Source of the DNA: Lama guanicoe
Lineage: Eukaryota
Direction of reading: 5' to 3'
DNA: 29,738 nucleotides
Assembly: GCA_013239625.1 (NCBI GenBank)
Contig: MU054122.1
Span: forward strand, 770,773 to 800,510
Shown here: positions 10,850-21,889 of the stretch, piece by piece
Layout of the letters: each line of letters begins with the position of its first letter
Numbering within the stretch: position 1 is the stretch's first letter
Notes under the pieces: generated by a model
The model's input: only the letters and a program-made list of their open reading frames with translations
Databases searched by the model: none
Told to the model about the DNA's origin: nothing
Made by a program: the position numbers and the translations under genes

Positions 10850-11107
10850 ATGTGCTTCTGGACAAAGCTTTCCATATTCTGGGTGCCCCTGTCCCTTCTC
10901 CTAAGCCTTGTTCCCCCTGCTGAGACAGGAGAAACCTCGACTCCGGGCAGCGGCGGCACTTGGAGTCCCGGGCAACTGACCGAAGTGCGGCTTCTCTCTG
11001 CGGACGAGCCCCCACCCCTGAACCACTCAAGAAGCCTCATCAAAACCTTGCTGGAGAAAACCGGGTGCCCACGGAGGACAAATGGAAGGCAGGGAGCTTG
11101 CAGTCTG
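10850..11107 (+). CDS. SLC39A12: Zinc transporter ZIP12, first coding exon (signal peptide and start of ectodomain, 86 codons); 5' splice donor mutated GT>AT
   Basis: [20 protein letters not shown]...[29 protein letters not shown] matches the ZIP12 N-terminus (human as recalled: MCFRTKLSVSWVPLFLLLSR...[29 protein letters not shown]). Homology stops exactly at CTG 11107, followed by ATTATT. The frame stays open to TAA at 11315-11317. Confidence 0.9.
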
Positions 11108-11504
11108 ATTATTGCAACAGAACGGGATCAGGGAGCAGGGCATGTTCCCAAGAGAACAGTGGATTCTGACATCAGTAAAGCAAAATCCATACAAACCTTC
11201 CAATATTCCATTCTAGTGGGCAATGCATTATGGTGCAATAGTTACAAATCATACGGCATTCTGCACACAGCATTTAAAGACAGGGAGAATGTTGTTTGTT
11301 TGTTTTTTTTAAATTAAAATGGTCACACTTATGGAAGCCTTTCTGGAAGCCTTTCTGCAACCCTTCTGCAGCTTGAAAGGTATTTATCCGTGAGTAGGAA
11401 CTTTCAGTTCCCTCTTCTTTCTGATTGGCTCCTCCTGTTTGTGAGCTGGCAGTGAGCGTGAACATGTTGACCCTGAGGTCAGCCCTAATCTAAGCCAGGA
11501 ACTG

Positions 11505-11663
11505 CGCGTTGGTTAAGAATTTAGGAGGCAGCCAGATCTCAGCTCCATCATTTAGGAGCTTAGTGGACTCACTTAGCCTCTCTGTGCCTCACTTTCCTCA
11601 TCTGTAAAAAGGAATGATAATGGTGATACCTATTTCATAGGGTTATGATGAGGATTACATTAA
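11505..11663 (+). mobile_element. MIR SINE
   Basis: Clear MIR core: cacttagcctctctgtgcctcactttcctcatctgtaaaaaggaatgataatgg...cctatttcatagggttatgatgaggatta. Confidence 0.8.
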
Positions 11664-12656
11664 TCCTGGGGTCTACAAGCCAGTGGATGGAGTTCTGGAT
11701 GCCTGTGAACTTGAATGGGGAAATGAGTTATACCTAGGTTTATTAGTTTTTCAAATTTATGGTAACATTAAACACGTCACTGGGTCTTATTATTTAATGT
11801 GTTAGAAGAAAATAGAAGCGCCCTGATCGACAAATAATTTTGTATTGTTTCGGCGACTATCTCAGTATTTTTTATTTCTCATGTTGATTAAGTAGTAGAA
11901 GCATTAGCAAGTGAATGTATCTAGCGGATAAGGAATTGTTTGTAAAGTGTTAAGAAAACCCTTAAAGGGAAAAGCCACTCTGTAGCAATGAAATTAACTG
12001 GAGAGGATCATGTTCCTCCATGTCTCCAAGGCAGGTTCTGCATGGGAGCAGTCATTCTGGAGCTGAACGCCAAAGACTTTGGGGGATGTGGTAATGCAGA
12101 GAAATGTTCTTGGGTCTGTGAAAATCTCATTTTCATTCATATAATCTGGTATTAATTATTGGGACTTTTTCTGCACTGCCCACAAGTATTGTCACCAAAA
12201 GACCTTAGGACCTGAATCAATGTGCAGAATAAAAAGAACACTGTTCGTCTTGCAGAGAGGGGCTGCTATAAATGAATGTGGCTTCTTTTCTCCCCTGCTC
12301 TCATCTGCGAATGTGAGAAGTCAGGGGGAGAAGGCTGGGGCAGGTCCTCCTGGCACCCTATAAATTTTAATTGAATTGAAAGATGTTGATAAGGTAAAGA
12401 AACTTACTCTTCTTCAAATGGTGACAGGCAACACTTCCCGCTGCAATTTTTTAAAAGAAAAAGACCACAAAGGAGTCCAGATCATTAGAAGGGCTTTCCT
12501 GGTGTGCTCGGTGACCACCATCCCAGCTCCCAGGCACACATGTTCCCCCAGAGGAGGGAGAGCCCTGGCCGCAGCTGGTGGAGGACAGTAAGATGATTTC
12601 TTCTTTCTCGTAAGTCTGCCTTTCAAGGCATTTTTTTGAATTGCCCACCGATTGCA

Positions 12657-12681
12657 TTTTTTTTTTTTTTTTTTTTTTTTT
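12657..12681. repeat. Poly(T)25
   Basis: Read directly. Confidence 0.9.
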
Positions 12682-13172
12682 ACTGTGACAAGGCACTCAG
12701 TTCCTTAAGTTCACCTGGCACACTGCTTCCAATGGAGAAGCAGAAAAAGTAGCAGGAGGTGCCCGGCCCAAGGTAGATGCCAGACAATTCACCAGAGGGC
12801 TTGGGAACCCCAGTTCACAGGCTTTACCTCCAGAGCTCCAACACTAACATGCAAAACAGAGCTGAAGTGCCTGCCAGTGGCCACTTCACCCAACACTTAG
12901 CCATGAGGAACCCAGCGTATCAACTAATGCAGAAGGATATGACGAGGTTGGAGGTGCCGAGAGAGTCTGCACACATTCCTCTCCAGGTCACCAGCCCTGA
13001 CTTGGGAAAAGCACACATGTGACCAGCTGCACTGAAACATACCATTGTGAACCATCCCAGAGAAACCAGATGGCCCTGCGCCAGCAGTAAAAGTAGCTTC
13101 TCATCCAGCACAGCCCAAACTAGGAGCCAGGCAGAGTCTTAGGGCCACTCTAGTTTTGATTTGAACTTGACC

Positions 13173-13195
13173 AAAAAAAAAAAAAAAAAAAAAAA
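13173..13195. repeat. Poly(A)23
   Basis: Read directly. Confidence 0.9.
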
Positions 13196-14599
13196 GGTTT
13201 TAACTGGGAGAAAGTGCCTTGCCGTGGAGAGGGGAAAAATAGAAATGTTCCACATTTTACCTAGCTTATTTCATATGCATTTGACTCTCATCAGCAGAAG
13301 AATGAAAAATATTTATAGCTAGGGGGAAAAAGTATTTGTCTTTCTTCTTTCTTGACTGTAATAAGAGAAACTGGCAGACCAGCAGAGTAACTTGGTAAAG
13401 AACTTCCTCAACACACAGGCTAATAGGAGGAACAGAATACAGAGAGAAATGAAAACTTGTGCTTCATGGTTAATGATTTTTGAAGACTCAGATTTACAGA
13501 TTCATGGGACTTCTAATTTGTTTATTTTGTTATTTATTTGGCAGAAGCTGTTTAATTCATCCCCCATTGTTCTGGGAAGGTTTCTATTTTTACCAGTGGG
13601 GGTGAATCACGCTCAGACCATTTAGGGACATGTTTAGAACATGGTTTTCCAAGTCAAGACCCACGTGAAATTTTGATTCCCAAACTGAAGCCTTAAAGCT
13701 CAGCACACACTGGCCATTGTACTCTGTCTGACACGACGTTGGCCTGTGTGCACTGATTGTGTTACACAGACCAGGGGTGATGGGAAGAGTTCCATGGGCC
13801 AAAAATAGCTCAGAAAAAAGCTCCTTACAAGATAAAAGGAAAGAAGTAGCATTGGACTTGGGGTTCTCTCCATCCCCTGACCTGGTGAACAAGAAAATGC
13901 TTTTGTATCGTTCAGTTGTTAAATTCGATGTGCTCTTGGTCTCCATTCAATCAGCAAAGAAGTGCTTGTCCTCATGCACAGTGTTGTTCTGTCCCCAGGA
14001 CCATGAATGATTTTCTTATTTGACTTCAACTTCCAGTGCCTCATTAATATAATAGCGTCTTGATGCCTGGTTGATAATAAATCCCAGCTCTGTTGGATTT
14101 ACTTTTGAATTTTTAAATAAAAGATTAAAATAAGTGAAACTGAATCTAATTAGAACAGATTTTTACCTACATGCAATAAACAGTTTTGGTGTTTGGATTC
14201 ACATCCTCAAAAGTACAGAATAATTGTTTTTTAAGGTCTGTTTTATAGTTTTTAAAGTGTGAGTCCCTTGAAATTGAACATTAATCCTAGTGTTTTTTTT
14301 TTTCAGTAGGGCAGACTTTTAATACAACAAGGATGAGGTTTATATATTTATAACAGCCATGCTAGGAATATTAGCTTTTTCTCTCTGAGTGTCAAGAATT
14401 TGCTCAGAGTCATTTCTGAGAAAAGAGAAAAGAAAAGGCTTCCATTGTGAGACTATTCCTCAACTAGCAAGTAGTTTTTGATTACAAGCTGATTTCCATT
14501 CCAAATAGAGAAACTCATATTTCTGATTCTATTTTTCTCCCTAACAGAAGCAAGGTTAGATGCTTTCTCCTCCACTGGAAGACTTCCATATTCATAAAT

Positions 14600-15370
14600 A
14601 TACTGATGCGTGTTTTCTTGTAATACCTTGTCGTTCTATTTCAAGCATTGACATTTTCTATAGAGCTGGAATTTATTTTGGTATAAAGAATAAAGTATAA
14701 ATCCAGTTCTGTTTAATGGCTTTCCATTTGTCCAAATACAATGCGGCACTGATTTGAAATACTTTCACTATACACTAAATTTTTATGCGTGCTGGCCTCT
14801 TTATTCCTTTCCATTACTGTATCTATTCTAATTACCACAGTTTTAATCAGTGTACCTTTCATGTTGCCACACTGTTTTAATCACTGTAGTATATTGTAAC
14901 ACACTGTATATTCATTATACTGTATATTAAAGTGTATTATAAAGAGATACTGCTCATCATTTGTGTTCTTTTCCAAAATGGCCCTGGTGACTCCTTGAAC
15001 CTCTTAATAACCTGCAGCCTAATCTATCAAGTCTTCCTATCTGCTCCCTCTCTTCTAATTGATTGGAATGTTTTTTGGTTTGTTGATTAATTTAGATAGT
15101 ATAAATATTTCAAAATATTGCATGCTCTGAAGCATAAAAATATTGACTATTCCCTGAATACTTCCCCATTAAGTTCATTCCTAGGTGTTAAGTGTTTTGG
15201 GTTTGTTGTTGTGACTGAGTGGGTGTTAAATCTCTCCTACTTGATACTTCCATTTCTTTTTTGTTTGTTCGTTTTGAGCTTAGGAGAGTACTGATTTCTG
15301 CACACCACTTTCAAAGCCAACTACTTTGCTATATTCTTTTACTCATTCTAAGCATTCTTCAGTAGAGAAA
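14600..15370 (-). mobile_element. Old L1 (L1ME-type) ORF2 fragment
   Basis: Antisense L1ME-like motifs: ctggaatttattttggtataaagaat; cactgatttgaaatactttcactatacactaaatt; ccacactgttttaatcactgtag. Boundaries approximate. Confidence 0.65.
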
Positions 15371-15544
15371 CGTCCTTTTATAGATAAGGCAAAATTGAGT
15401 CACATTTGTACTTTCAGTTGTTAAAATGTAGAGTCTGAAAGAGTGAAGTTTTGCTGTAACTGAGGATATGCACATTTCTGTAAATCTTTCTAGCTTTGAT
15501 AGCTTTACAGATTTGAACCTTGCCCAATGGTAACAAAATCAACC

Positions 15545-15730
15545 TGAAGGTTTAGGGTCTACTCCCAACTCATTGGCTAAAACACTGTGATCATAAGCAT
15601 TTTTCTCCCCTTCTCTTTATTATGGGTTTTTACTTTTTTACAAGAGAAAGAGTAACGATTCCTCTTTTCTCCCTACTTTGAGGGTGATGTGAGGATACAT
15701 GACACAATGAAGCAAGGTGCCATGAACAGA
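15545..15730 (+). mobile_element. MIR remnant
   Basis: ccctactttgagggtgatgtgaggatacatgacacaatg resembles the MIR 3' half. Confidence 0.4.
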
Positions 15731-16746
15731 TTCTCAATATTATGTTGCATCCACCAAACACACCTGCCAATACCAATTAGAATGCTCCCTGAAGGTTTGT
15801 CATGTTAGTTTAGTGTAAGAGTGGAGTAGCTTGTACCAGCTTTAATTTTGATATAGCAATTATGAACTCTGAAATAATTGTTTATAAGATTTGAAAGCAC
15901 TGGGGAGAAATTGGGTGAAAGCTTCATGCAGTGTGGGGTGGCAAAGAGTCTACAAGAAAGCCACCATCTTACTGGACAGAAGGGTAGAAGGTGGAGTATG
16001 GGATGATTGAGTGGTTGGATGTTGATGGTGGAAATCCTAGAACAGACGGAGCTAGAGAGGAGGAAGCCCCCAAATCTGAACATAAACTCCTCTCCAACTG
16101 TCAGCTGACTCAAAACTGTGCATATGCTGGGCAGACTGCACAAGTCTAGCAGAAAGAAAAAGATAATGAAACTGAAAGAGTTGAGCAGAGATTCCAGCTC
16201 TTCCCACTGCAAAGCAAACATGTTAAAATTTTGAAACCCACCCGGTTAGAGGAGTTCAGTAAACATCTCAGTTACTTTGAAACTATAGAAGGGCCTTCCC
16301 TTACAAGAAAAATCTGTGTCCCAGGACTGAGGAGTTTCGCCCTGGGAGTAAGGGGCAAAACCAAAAAAGACCTGCCCTCAATACATGTTAAACCAAGCAT
16401 CCCCAAGGTAAAGTAGATCATTCAGTAATCTGACTGCTTGCTATTCCTCAAATCAACACACTTCATGGAATGTAAGGGATTCTAAAGTGTCTACAGTGTA
16501 TCATCTACAGTGTCCTGCATATGATTTTTAAAAATTACTATATATGGAAGAAACAAGGAAATGTAATCCATACTTAAGAGAGAAATCAGTCAGTAGAAAT
16601 AGATTCTGAATGACCAAGATGTTGGAATTAGCAGGTATGAATTGTAAAGCAAATGTTATAAATAAGTTCCAAAAAAGTAAAGTGAAAGATTGGCATAATG
16701 AGTGAACAGATGGAGAATCTCAGAAAAGAAATAGAGACTATATTTT

Positions 16747-16808
16747 AAAGAGAAGGAGGAGGAGGAGGAAGAGAAGGAGAAGGAGAAAGAGGAGGAGGGA
16801 GAGAAGGG
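16747..16808 (+). repeat. (GGA/GAGAAG)n purine tract
   Basis: Read directly. Confidence 0.8.
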
Positions 16809-16875
16809 CAAGAAGAATCAAAATGAAATTCTAGAGTTGCCAAGTATAATATCTGAAATGAAAATGTCCCTGGAT

Positions 16876-17004
16876 GGGGGAAGGGTATAGCTCAGTGGTA
16901 GGGTGCCTACCTAGCATGCACAAGCTCTTGCGCATGCTAGGTAGGCACCAAGCATTAAATAAATAAATAAACCTAATTACCTCACCACAACTCCCCCCAA
17001 AAAA
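16876..17004 (+). mobile_element. tRNA-derived SINE, camelid Vic-1 type, with B box replaced by an inverted duplication
   Basis: gggggaagggtatagctcagtggtagggtgcc (A box) and tail aaataaataaataaacctaattacctc; degenerate TSD aaaatgtccctggat / aaaaagtccccaagt. Confidence 0.9.
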
Positions 17005-17749
17005 GTCCCCAAGTGGGCTTCACAGCAGATGAAGAAGGGACTGCTTTATGTATCTGGGAGACAACTGCATCACACACCAAATTTATACCAGACCAGAATT
17101 TGTAAAAATAAGTATTAATTTAATTGAAGAAAATACATTCCATGACTCACTGTAATATAATACAGTATTTACCATATCAGGTTATGTGACTTAACAATTT
17201 TCAAAATGTGAGGAAAAAAAACAAACTTCTGTTATGAAGGTATTTTGGTCTGAGTATACAATTGACAGTACATTTTTTTCCACTATATTCCAAATCTGAG
17301 TTAATGCTAAACATCTTTACTGAAGAACACAAACTCATTCTATCAACACAACAGTTACATTATACAATAATATCTTCTTCCCCATCAATTGCACTTTTTT
17401 CCTTGTTCACACTAACTGCTGTTACATATTAAATCAATTGACTAATTCTAAACAAATATTTTGAGTAAAAAACAAATGCAAGCAATCTCCAGCTGTCTTG
17501 TAGAATTAAATTAAAACATTTTGTCTACAAACACACATATATTCTTGTTAAAATTTAATAGGGGAAATATGCCATGTTAACATTACACTGTTCTGGAAAA
17601 CTGTTTATTTGCTACATTCTTATATAGCCTCATTTGTTTCTGTCACATTTCTTATCTACTTATTTTTAAAATTCCTAGAGAGTCAGTACCGTCTTTTCCT
17701 GCGTGACAAAATTCCAAAATCACAACTGAAATACACAGTATTTTTGTGC

Positions 17750-17960
17750 AAGATGTTGGAGCCAGAAGTTAACATAATGGATGTTTCTGAAGGCTGAGTA
17801 GACCCTTGGCACACTTCCTACCGCTTACTAGCTATGTATCCTTGGATTAATTGGTTGGTTTCTTTTTTTGTTTTCTTCACCTGAGTTGTGAGAATACTAA
17901 CTATTATGCATAAATTTTCTGGTTCAAAGTAAATAAATGGTGGGCATTCCAATCATGATT
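17750..17960 (+). mobile_element. MIR remnant
   Basis: ttggagccagaag...ctaccgcttactagctatgtatccttgga...ttttcttcacctgag. Confidence 0.45.
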
Positions 17961-18589
17961 ATTGATTATCAGCTTCCTCACTTGCGAACCAATGACTCAG
18001 TATCCTGATTGACCAAAACTACTAACTTTCTAAAGTAGATGGTGCACAAATCTATTGGGAATAGACAGAGAAATATAACTACATTTAAAATATTCAAGCT
18101 CCCCAACAAGCCAGCTTTTTATGGTATGTTTCTGTCCACAAGACCCCCCAAATCCACAGTGATATGAGAAATAGCGCTGACAGAGCTCAGGTGCTTGGAC
18201 TCTCTCCCCCAGGGTCCAATGAAAACACGGTCAGTCATGCCCAGACTTTTTGTAAGATAGAATCATTTGCTAATTTTAAGCATCAGCCTTAATTAGGGCC
18301 AGGCATCTAAGTAACACACATTTAGGGGTCTGCTGGGATATTCTCCAGGGACAGGGGCCAGCAGGCACCATCTTCCTGTGCCATCTTTCCCCTCACTCCC
18401 TTCCCAGCAGGCACCACCAGTTTTACACTCCCTGTCTCCCTTCCTCTGGCTAGTGGGCACCATCTTTTTTTTTCCTATCATGCTAGGCCTTTAAAATTTT
18501 TTTCTTCTTCCCAGTGGGTGCAATGTTATGTTCCACCTCTGCTCTGCTCCTGCCAGCACCATCAGCCCACTTTCCTTCTGCCATGATCC

Positions 18590-19975
18590 AGAACACCACT
18601 CCTAAAGGGAAACTCTGACACATGCCTGGTGACCTAGTTTTTGCAACTTTTTCCCAGGGGATGCCCCTTGATCATGTGGCTATGGAGGCCATGGGGTGCT
18701 TGCAATCCTGGATCCCATGAGAATGGAACAATGGAGACCCTGTTCTTGGCAGACTACCACCCACAGGGCACTGCTCAGACAGCAGACTGCACACTCCTTG
18801 AGTCTTTCTGAGAAAGAGACCTTGGGTTTGGCCTCAGAGGCAAACTTTCTGATTGGCACATATCAAGGTATGCACAGAGGGGCTCTCAGGGCATGGAGCA
18901 GAGTACAGTGTTTGTGCTCTCCCTCTGCCTTGCTTCAGATCCCCAGTGTCTCTCACACAGGAGTTTATGCCCTTGTCCGGAGCCCCAGTTTTTGCAACTT
19001 CCACCTAGAGGACGCCTCCAGGCCACCTGGCGCTGGTGACTAGCAGGTCTTACGCTAGCAGTCTCATATGACTATATATATATTTGCATACATTAAAAGC
19101 TGAAAATTATTAGAGAAATGCAAATCAAAACTACAATGAGGTATCACACCAGTCAGAATGGCCATCATAAAAGTCTACAAATGATAACTGTTGTGGAGAA
19201 AAAGGAACCCTCTTACACTGTTGGTGGGAATGTAAATTGGTGCAGCCACTATGAAGGACAGTATGGAGGTTCCTTAAAAAACTAAAAATAGAGTTACCGT
19301 ATGACCCAGCAATCCCACTCCTAGGCTTTCATCTGGAGAAAACTCTAATTTGGAAAGACACACACACCCCAATGTTCACAGCAGCGGTACTGGTAACAGT
19401 CAAGACATGGAAACAACCTAAATGTCCATCAACAGATGATTGGATAAAAAAGATGTGGTATATATGGGATACATATGAAATATTAGCCATAAAAAAGGGT
19501 GAAAGAATGCAATTTGCAGCAACATGGATGGACCTAGAGATTATCATATTGAGTGAAGTTAGTCAGAGAAGGCTAAATATCATATGTTATCACTTATATG
19601 TGGGGTCTTAAAAAAAATGATACAAATTCTATTTACAAACCAAACACAAAACTCACAGGCATAGAAAACAAATCATATTACCAAAGGGGAAAGGGTGGTG
19701 AGGGATAAATTAGGAGTTGGAGATTAACAGATACACAGTACTAAATATAAAATAGATAAACAAGGACCTACTGTAGAGCACAGGGCACTATATTCAATTT
19801 CTCATAATAACATATAATGGAAAATAATCTGAAAAGAAAAAAAAATGTATGTATGTATATGTATAACTGAATCACCTAAACTAACATTGTAAATCAACTA
19901 TGCTGCAATTAAAAAAAAAAAAAAAGGCTGCAGCCTGAGGGTCTGGTTTCCAAAGCATCCAACCTACAGAGGCCA
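18590..19975 (+). mobile_element. L1M 5'UTR fragment (L1M2/L1MA9-like), split by a younger L1 at 19103-19925
   Basis: cttggcagactaccacccacagggcactgc...agtctttctgagaaag...ggggctctcagggc; tttgcatacattaaaagctg / cagcctgagggtctgg is continuous across the insertion and similar to 25420-25470. Confidence 0.5.
19103..19925 (+). mobile_element. 5'-truncated L1: ORF2 C-terminus, 3'UTR and poly(A)
   Basis: Encodes [14 protein letters not shown] and KTWKQPKCPSTDDWIKKMWYI...AATWMDLEIIILSEVSQ; A15 tail; canonical TT/AAAA endonuclease site at 19093-19098; TSD aaaagctg / aaaggctg. Confidence 0.95.
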
Positions 19976-20029
19976 TATAATATAAACTCTCACTGCTTTT
20001 TAAAGTTGTTACCACCACCTAAATAGCTA

Positions 20030-20166
20030 AGCTAACTGATACACTTACTTTGTTATTTATATTTTCCACCTCCAGGAGAGCAGGGATTTCTGCTTGTTTT
20101 GTTCACCACTGTATCATCTGTGTTCCAAACTCAGTGGGAACTCAGTAAGCATTTGCTGAATGAATT
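20030..20166 (+). mobile_element. L2 3' end
   Basis: ctccaggagagcagggatttctgcttgttttgttcaccactgtatc...ctcagtaagcatttgctgaatgaat is the classic L2 terminus. Confidence 0.7.
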
Positions 20167-20439
20167 ACTGTAGCCAAGAATTTGTCATAGGGATGGGAAA
20201 GGGAAATTTGACAAATTATGGTTTAAATTGGTGATTGGGGGAAAAAATAACATCTTTGGACACTTATACTGCCACAGCATTGAGATCGCACAATAGTAAA
20301 CCTAGTTGTGTGCTTGGTGCATAGCAAATGCTGCATAAATGTTTGCTATGATGTCTGTTATGGTTATTTGTAGGTCAAGGAGTATATGCAATTGAAATTA
20401 GGATATGAACGCCACAGGTTTTCTGAGATGGGAAAATTC

Positions 20440-20815
20440 TGTGTTGCGGCTGGGACACTGGGATGGTGAGAAGTTCCAAATGGCCTTGTTCACATGGCTG
20501 AGAGCTGGTGCCAACTGATGGCTGGAAGTTCAGATGGGGTTATATCCAAGGTTCTCGGTTCTTCTCCATGTGGACCTCACCATATTGTTGCTTGGACACA
20601 GCATAGAAGCTGGATACTAAAAAGGAAAGTTCCAAGAGGACACATCTCAAATTGTAAGTGCCAAGCAAGCCTCCACTCAAGTTTCATTTGCTGATGTTCT
20701 GATGGCCAAGATTAGACACATGGCCACTCTCAGAGGCAGTGAGGGACACAACTACACCAGGGTGTGAATGTCGGAGAACATGAGTCATTGTGGGCAGGCA
20801 AAGGAACATCTCACA
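20440..20815 (-). mobile_element. MaLR LTR (MLT1G/H-like)
   Basis: ttcacatggctg...ttcttctccatgtggacctc...tttgctgatgttctgatggccaag...cacatggcca...gggtgtgaat resembles antisense MLT1. Confidence 0.65.
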
Positions 20816-20834
20816 GAGTGTTTCGACCATACAG

Positions 20835-21202
20835 ATTGAATATCCAGCATCTCAAATTTGTTTCTGTATACAAGCGATCAAGTGTGAACTGATTTAGGAG
20901 TTCATGTCGCACAAACCAACTTTGCAAGAGCCTGACTGATTTATAAATGATAATACCAGTTCATTTTTCTTGGGAAATCTGCTTATATCAAAACTTGGGA
21001 GCATGCACATATGGACAGCAGGTCCTTGTTGAGTGAAGGATCAACAAGAGACCAAATCATAGTTCATCTAGTGAGCTACAAAAAGGAAACCCTGCATTGT
21101 CACAAGCACTTGTGCAGCAAGCTAGTAACATTCGTGTGTTACCTTTCCCCAAGTCAAAGACCATTTCCATCTCAATTGCTGGAAATGGCCACTGGATTTA
21201 AA
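20835..21202 (+). pseudogene. Candidate decayed coding exon of an unidentified gene
   Basis: Non-repetitive island; catacag| acceptor and AAA|GTAATT donor; 83 stop-free codons (20954-21202) preceded in frame by four TGA and one TAA. No family recognised. Confidence 0.3.
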
Positions 21203-21889
21203 GTAATTGCCCCCTTGGGCAATGCAAGACATAGAAACCAGATTTCCCTTGCTAAGTTTTTTTTTCTTTAAAGGCTTGATATGGGTGTATGTAATTGTTA
21301 TTTCAAAATTAAATACTACCAGATTACCAAGGACACATCTTCTACTAGTTTAAATTTAAATTGGTGGTTTTTGGATGAAGTTCAAGGACACTGTTTCAAT
21401 GGCAAAATAAACACATAATACCTCAGAGTTGACTAGTTTGCTCTAATATCTACTCACCTTCACTTCCTGATGCTTCTACTTAGCATCAGTTATACAGAGT
21501 GGCATTTTTGTACTTGCCTCCGATCCGTCAAAATAATGTACCCTCTTTGGTCATAAAATTTGAAAACAAGTATTTAGAAACAACCATCTGGCATCACTTT
21601 CTAGAACATTAGAAAAATACAGAAAGACTAAAGGTGGAAAGGTAGATCAATGATGTGGGCCATGACGAGGGAAGGGAAGAAGGAACCTGAAGAATCACAG
21701 GAAAGGAGGATCAACAGGACCTGCTTTGAGGGTTGTACTAAATACAAGGGAGGACATAAAGAGTAAATCAACATAATAGTTTATTTACATAGGGGGCTGG
21801 AAAAATGGGGCCTGAGAAAGAAAATCATTTGCAAGTAGATGCAAGTAATAGGATGATGAATTATTCGGAGGGGGGTGTTGAGTTTCAAA

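Larger units (their letters stand above)
9420..11317 (+). pseudogene. SLC39A12: SLC39A12 5' fragment, probably a disrupted gene or truncated duplicate
   Basis: Exon-2 donor reads AT, and no sequence encoding the next exon (CFEPDALLLIAGG...) was seen in 11108-29738 by eye. Confidence 0.5.
15880..17035 (+). mobile_element. Old L1M 5'UTR/ORF1 fragment interrupted by a GA tract and a SINE
   Basis: ORF1-like motifs: atgaccaagatgttggaattagcag; atgagtgaacagatggagaatctcagaaaagaaatagag; gaaattctagagttg...aatatctgaaatgaaaa; resumes as gggcttcacagcagat after the SINE. Confidence 0.6.

Noticed and set aside
11332..11370. tggaagcctttc repeated twice plus a degenerate third copy
   Set aside because: Short slippage repeat with no spacer structure or evident function.
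12657..13195. T25 and A23 as arms of an inverted repeat or retrocopy tails
   Set aside because: Complementarity does not extend past the homopolymers, and no TSD or parent gene was seen.
15805..16221. 138-aa minus-strand ORF, and similar hydrophobic ORFs at 26124-26513, 22483-22767 and 19329-19547
   Set aside because: Antisense translations of A-rich L1 sequence.
17040..17740. AT-rich block possibly from a DNA transposon
   Set aside because: Could not find terminal inverted repeats, a TSD or transposase motifs by eye; left unassigned.
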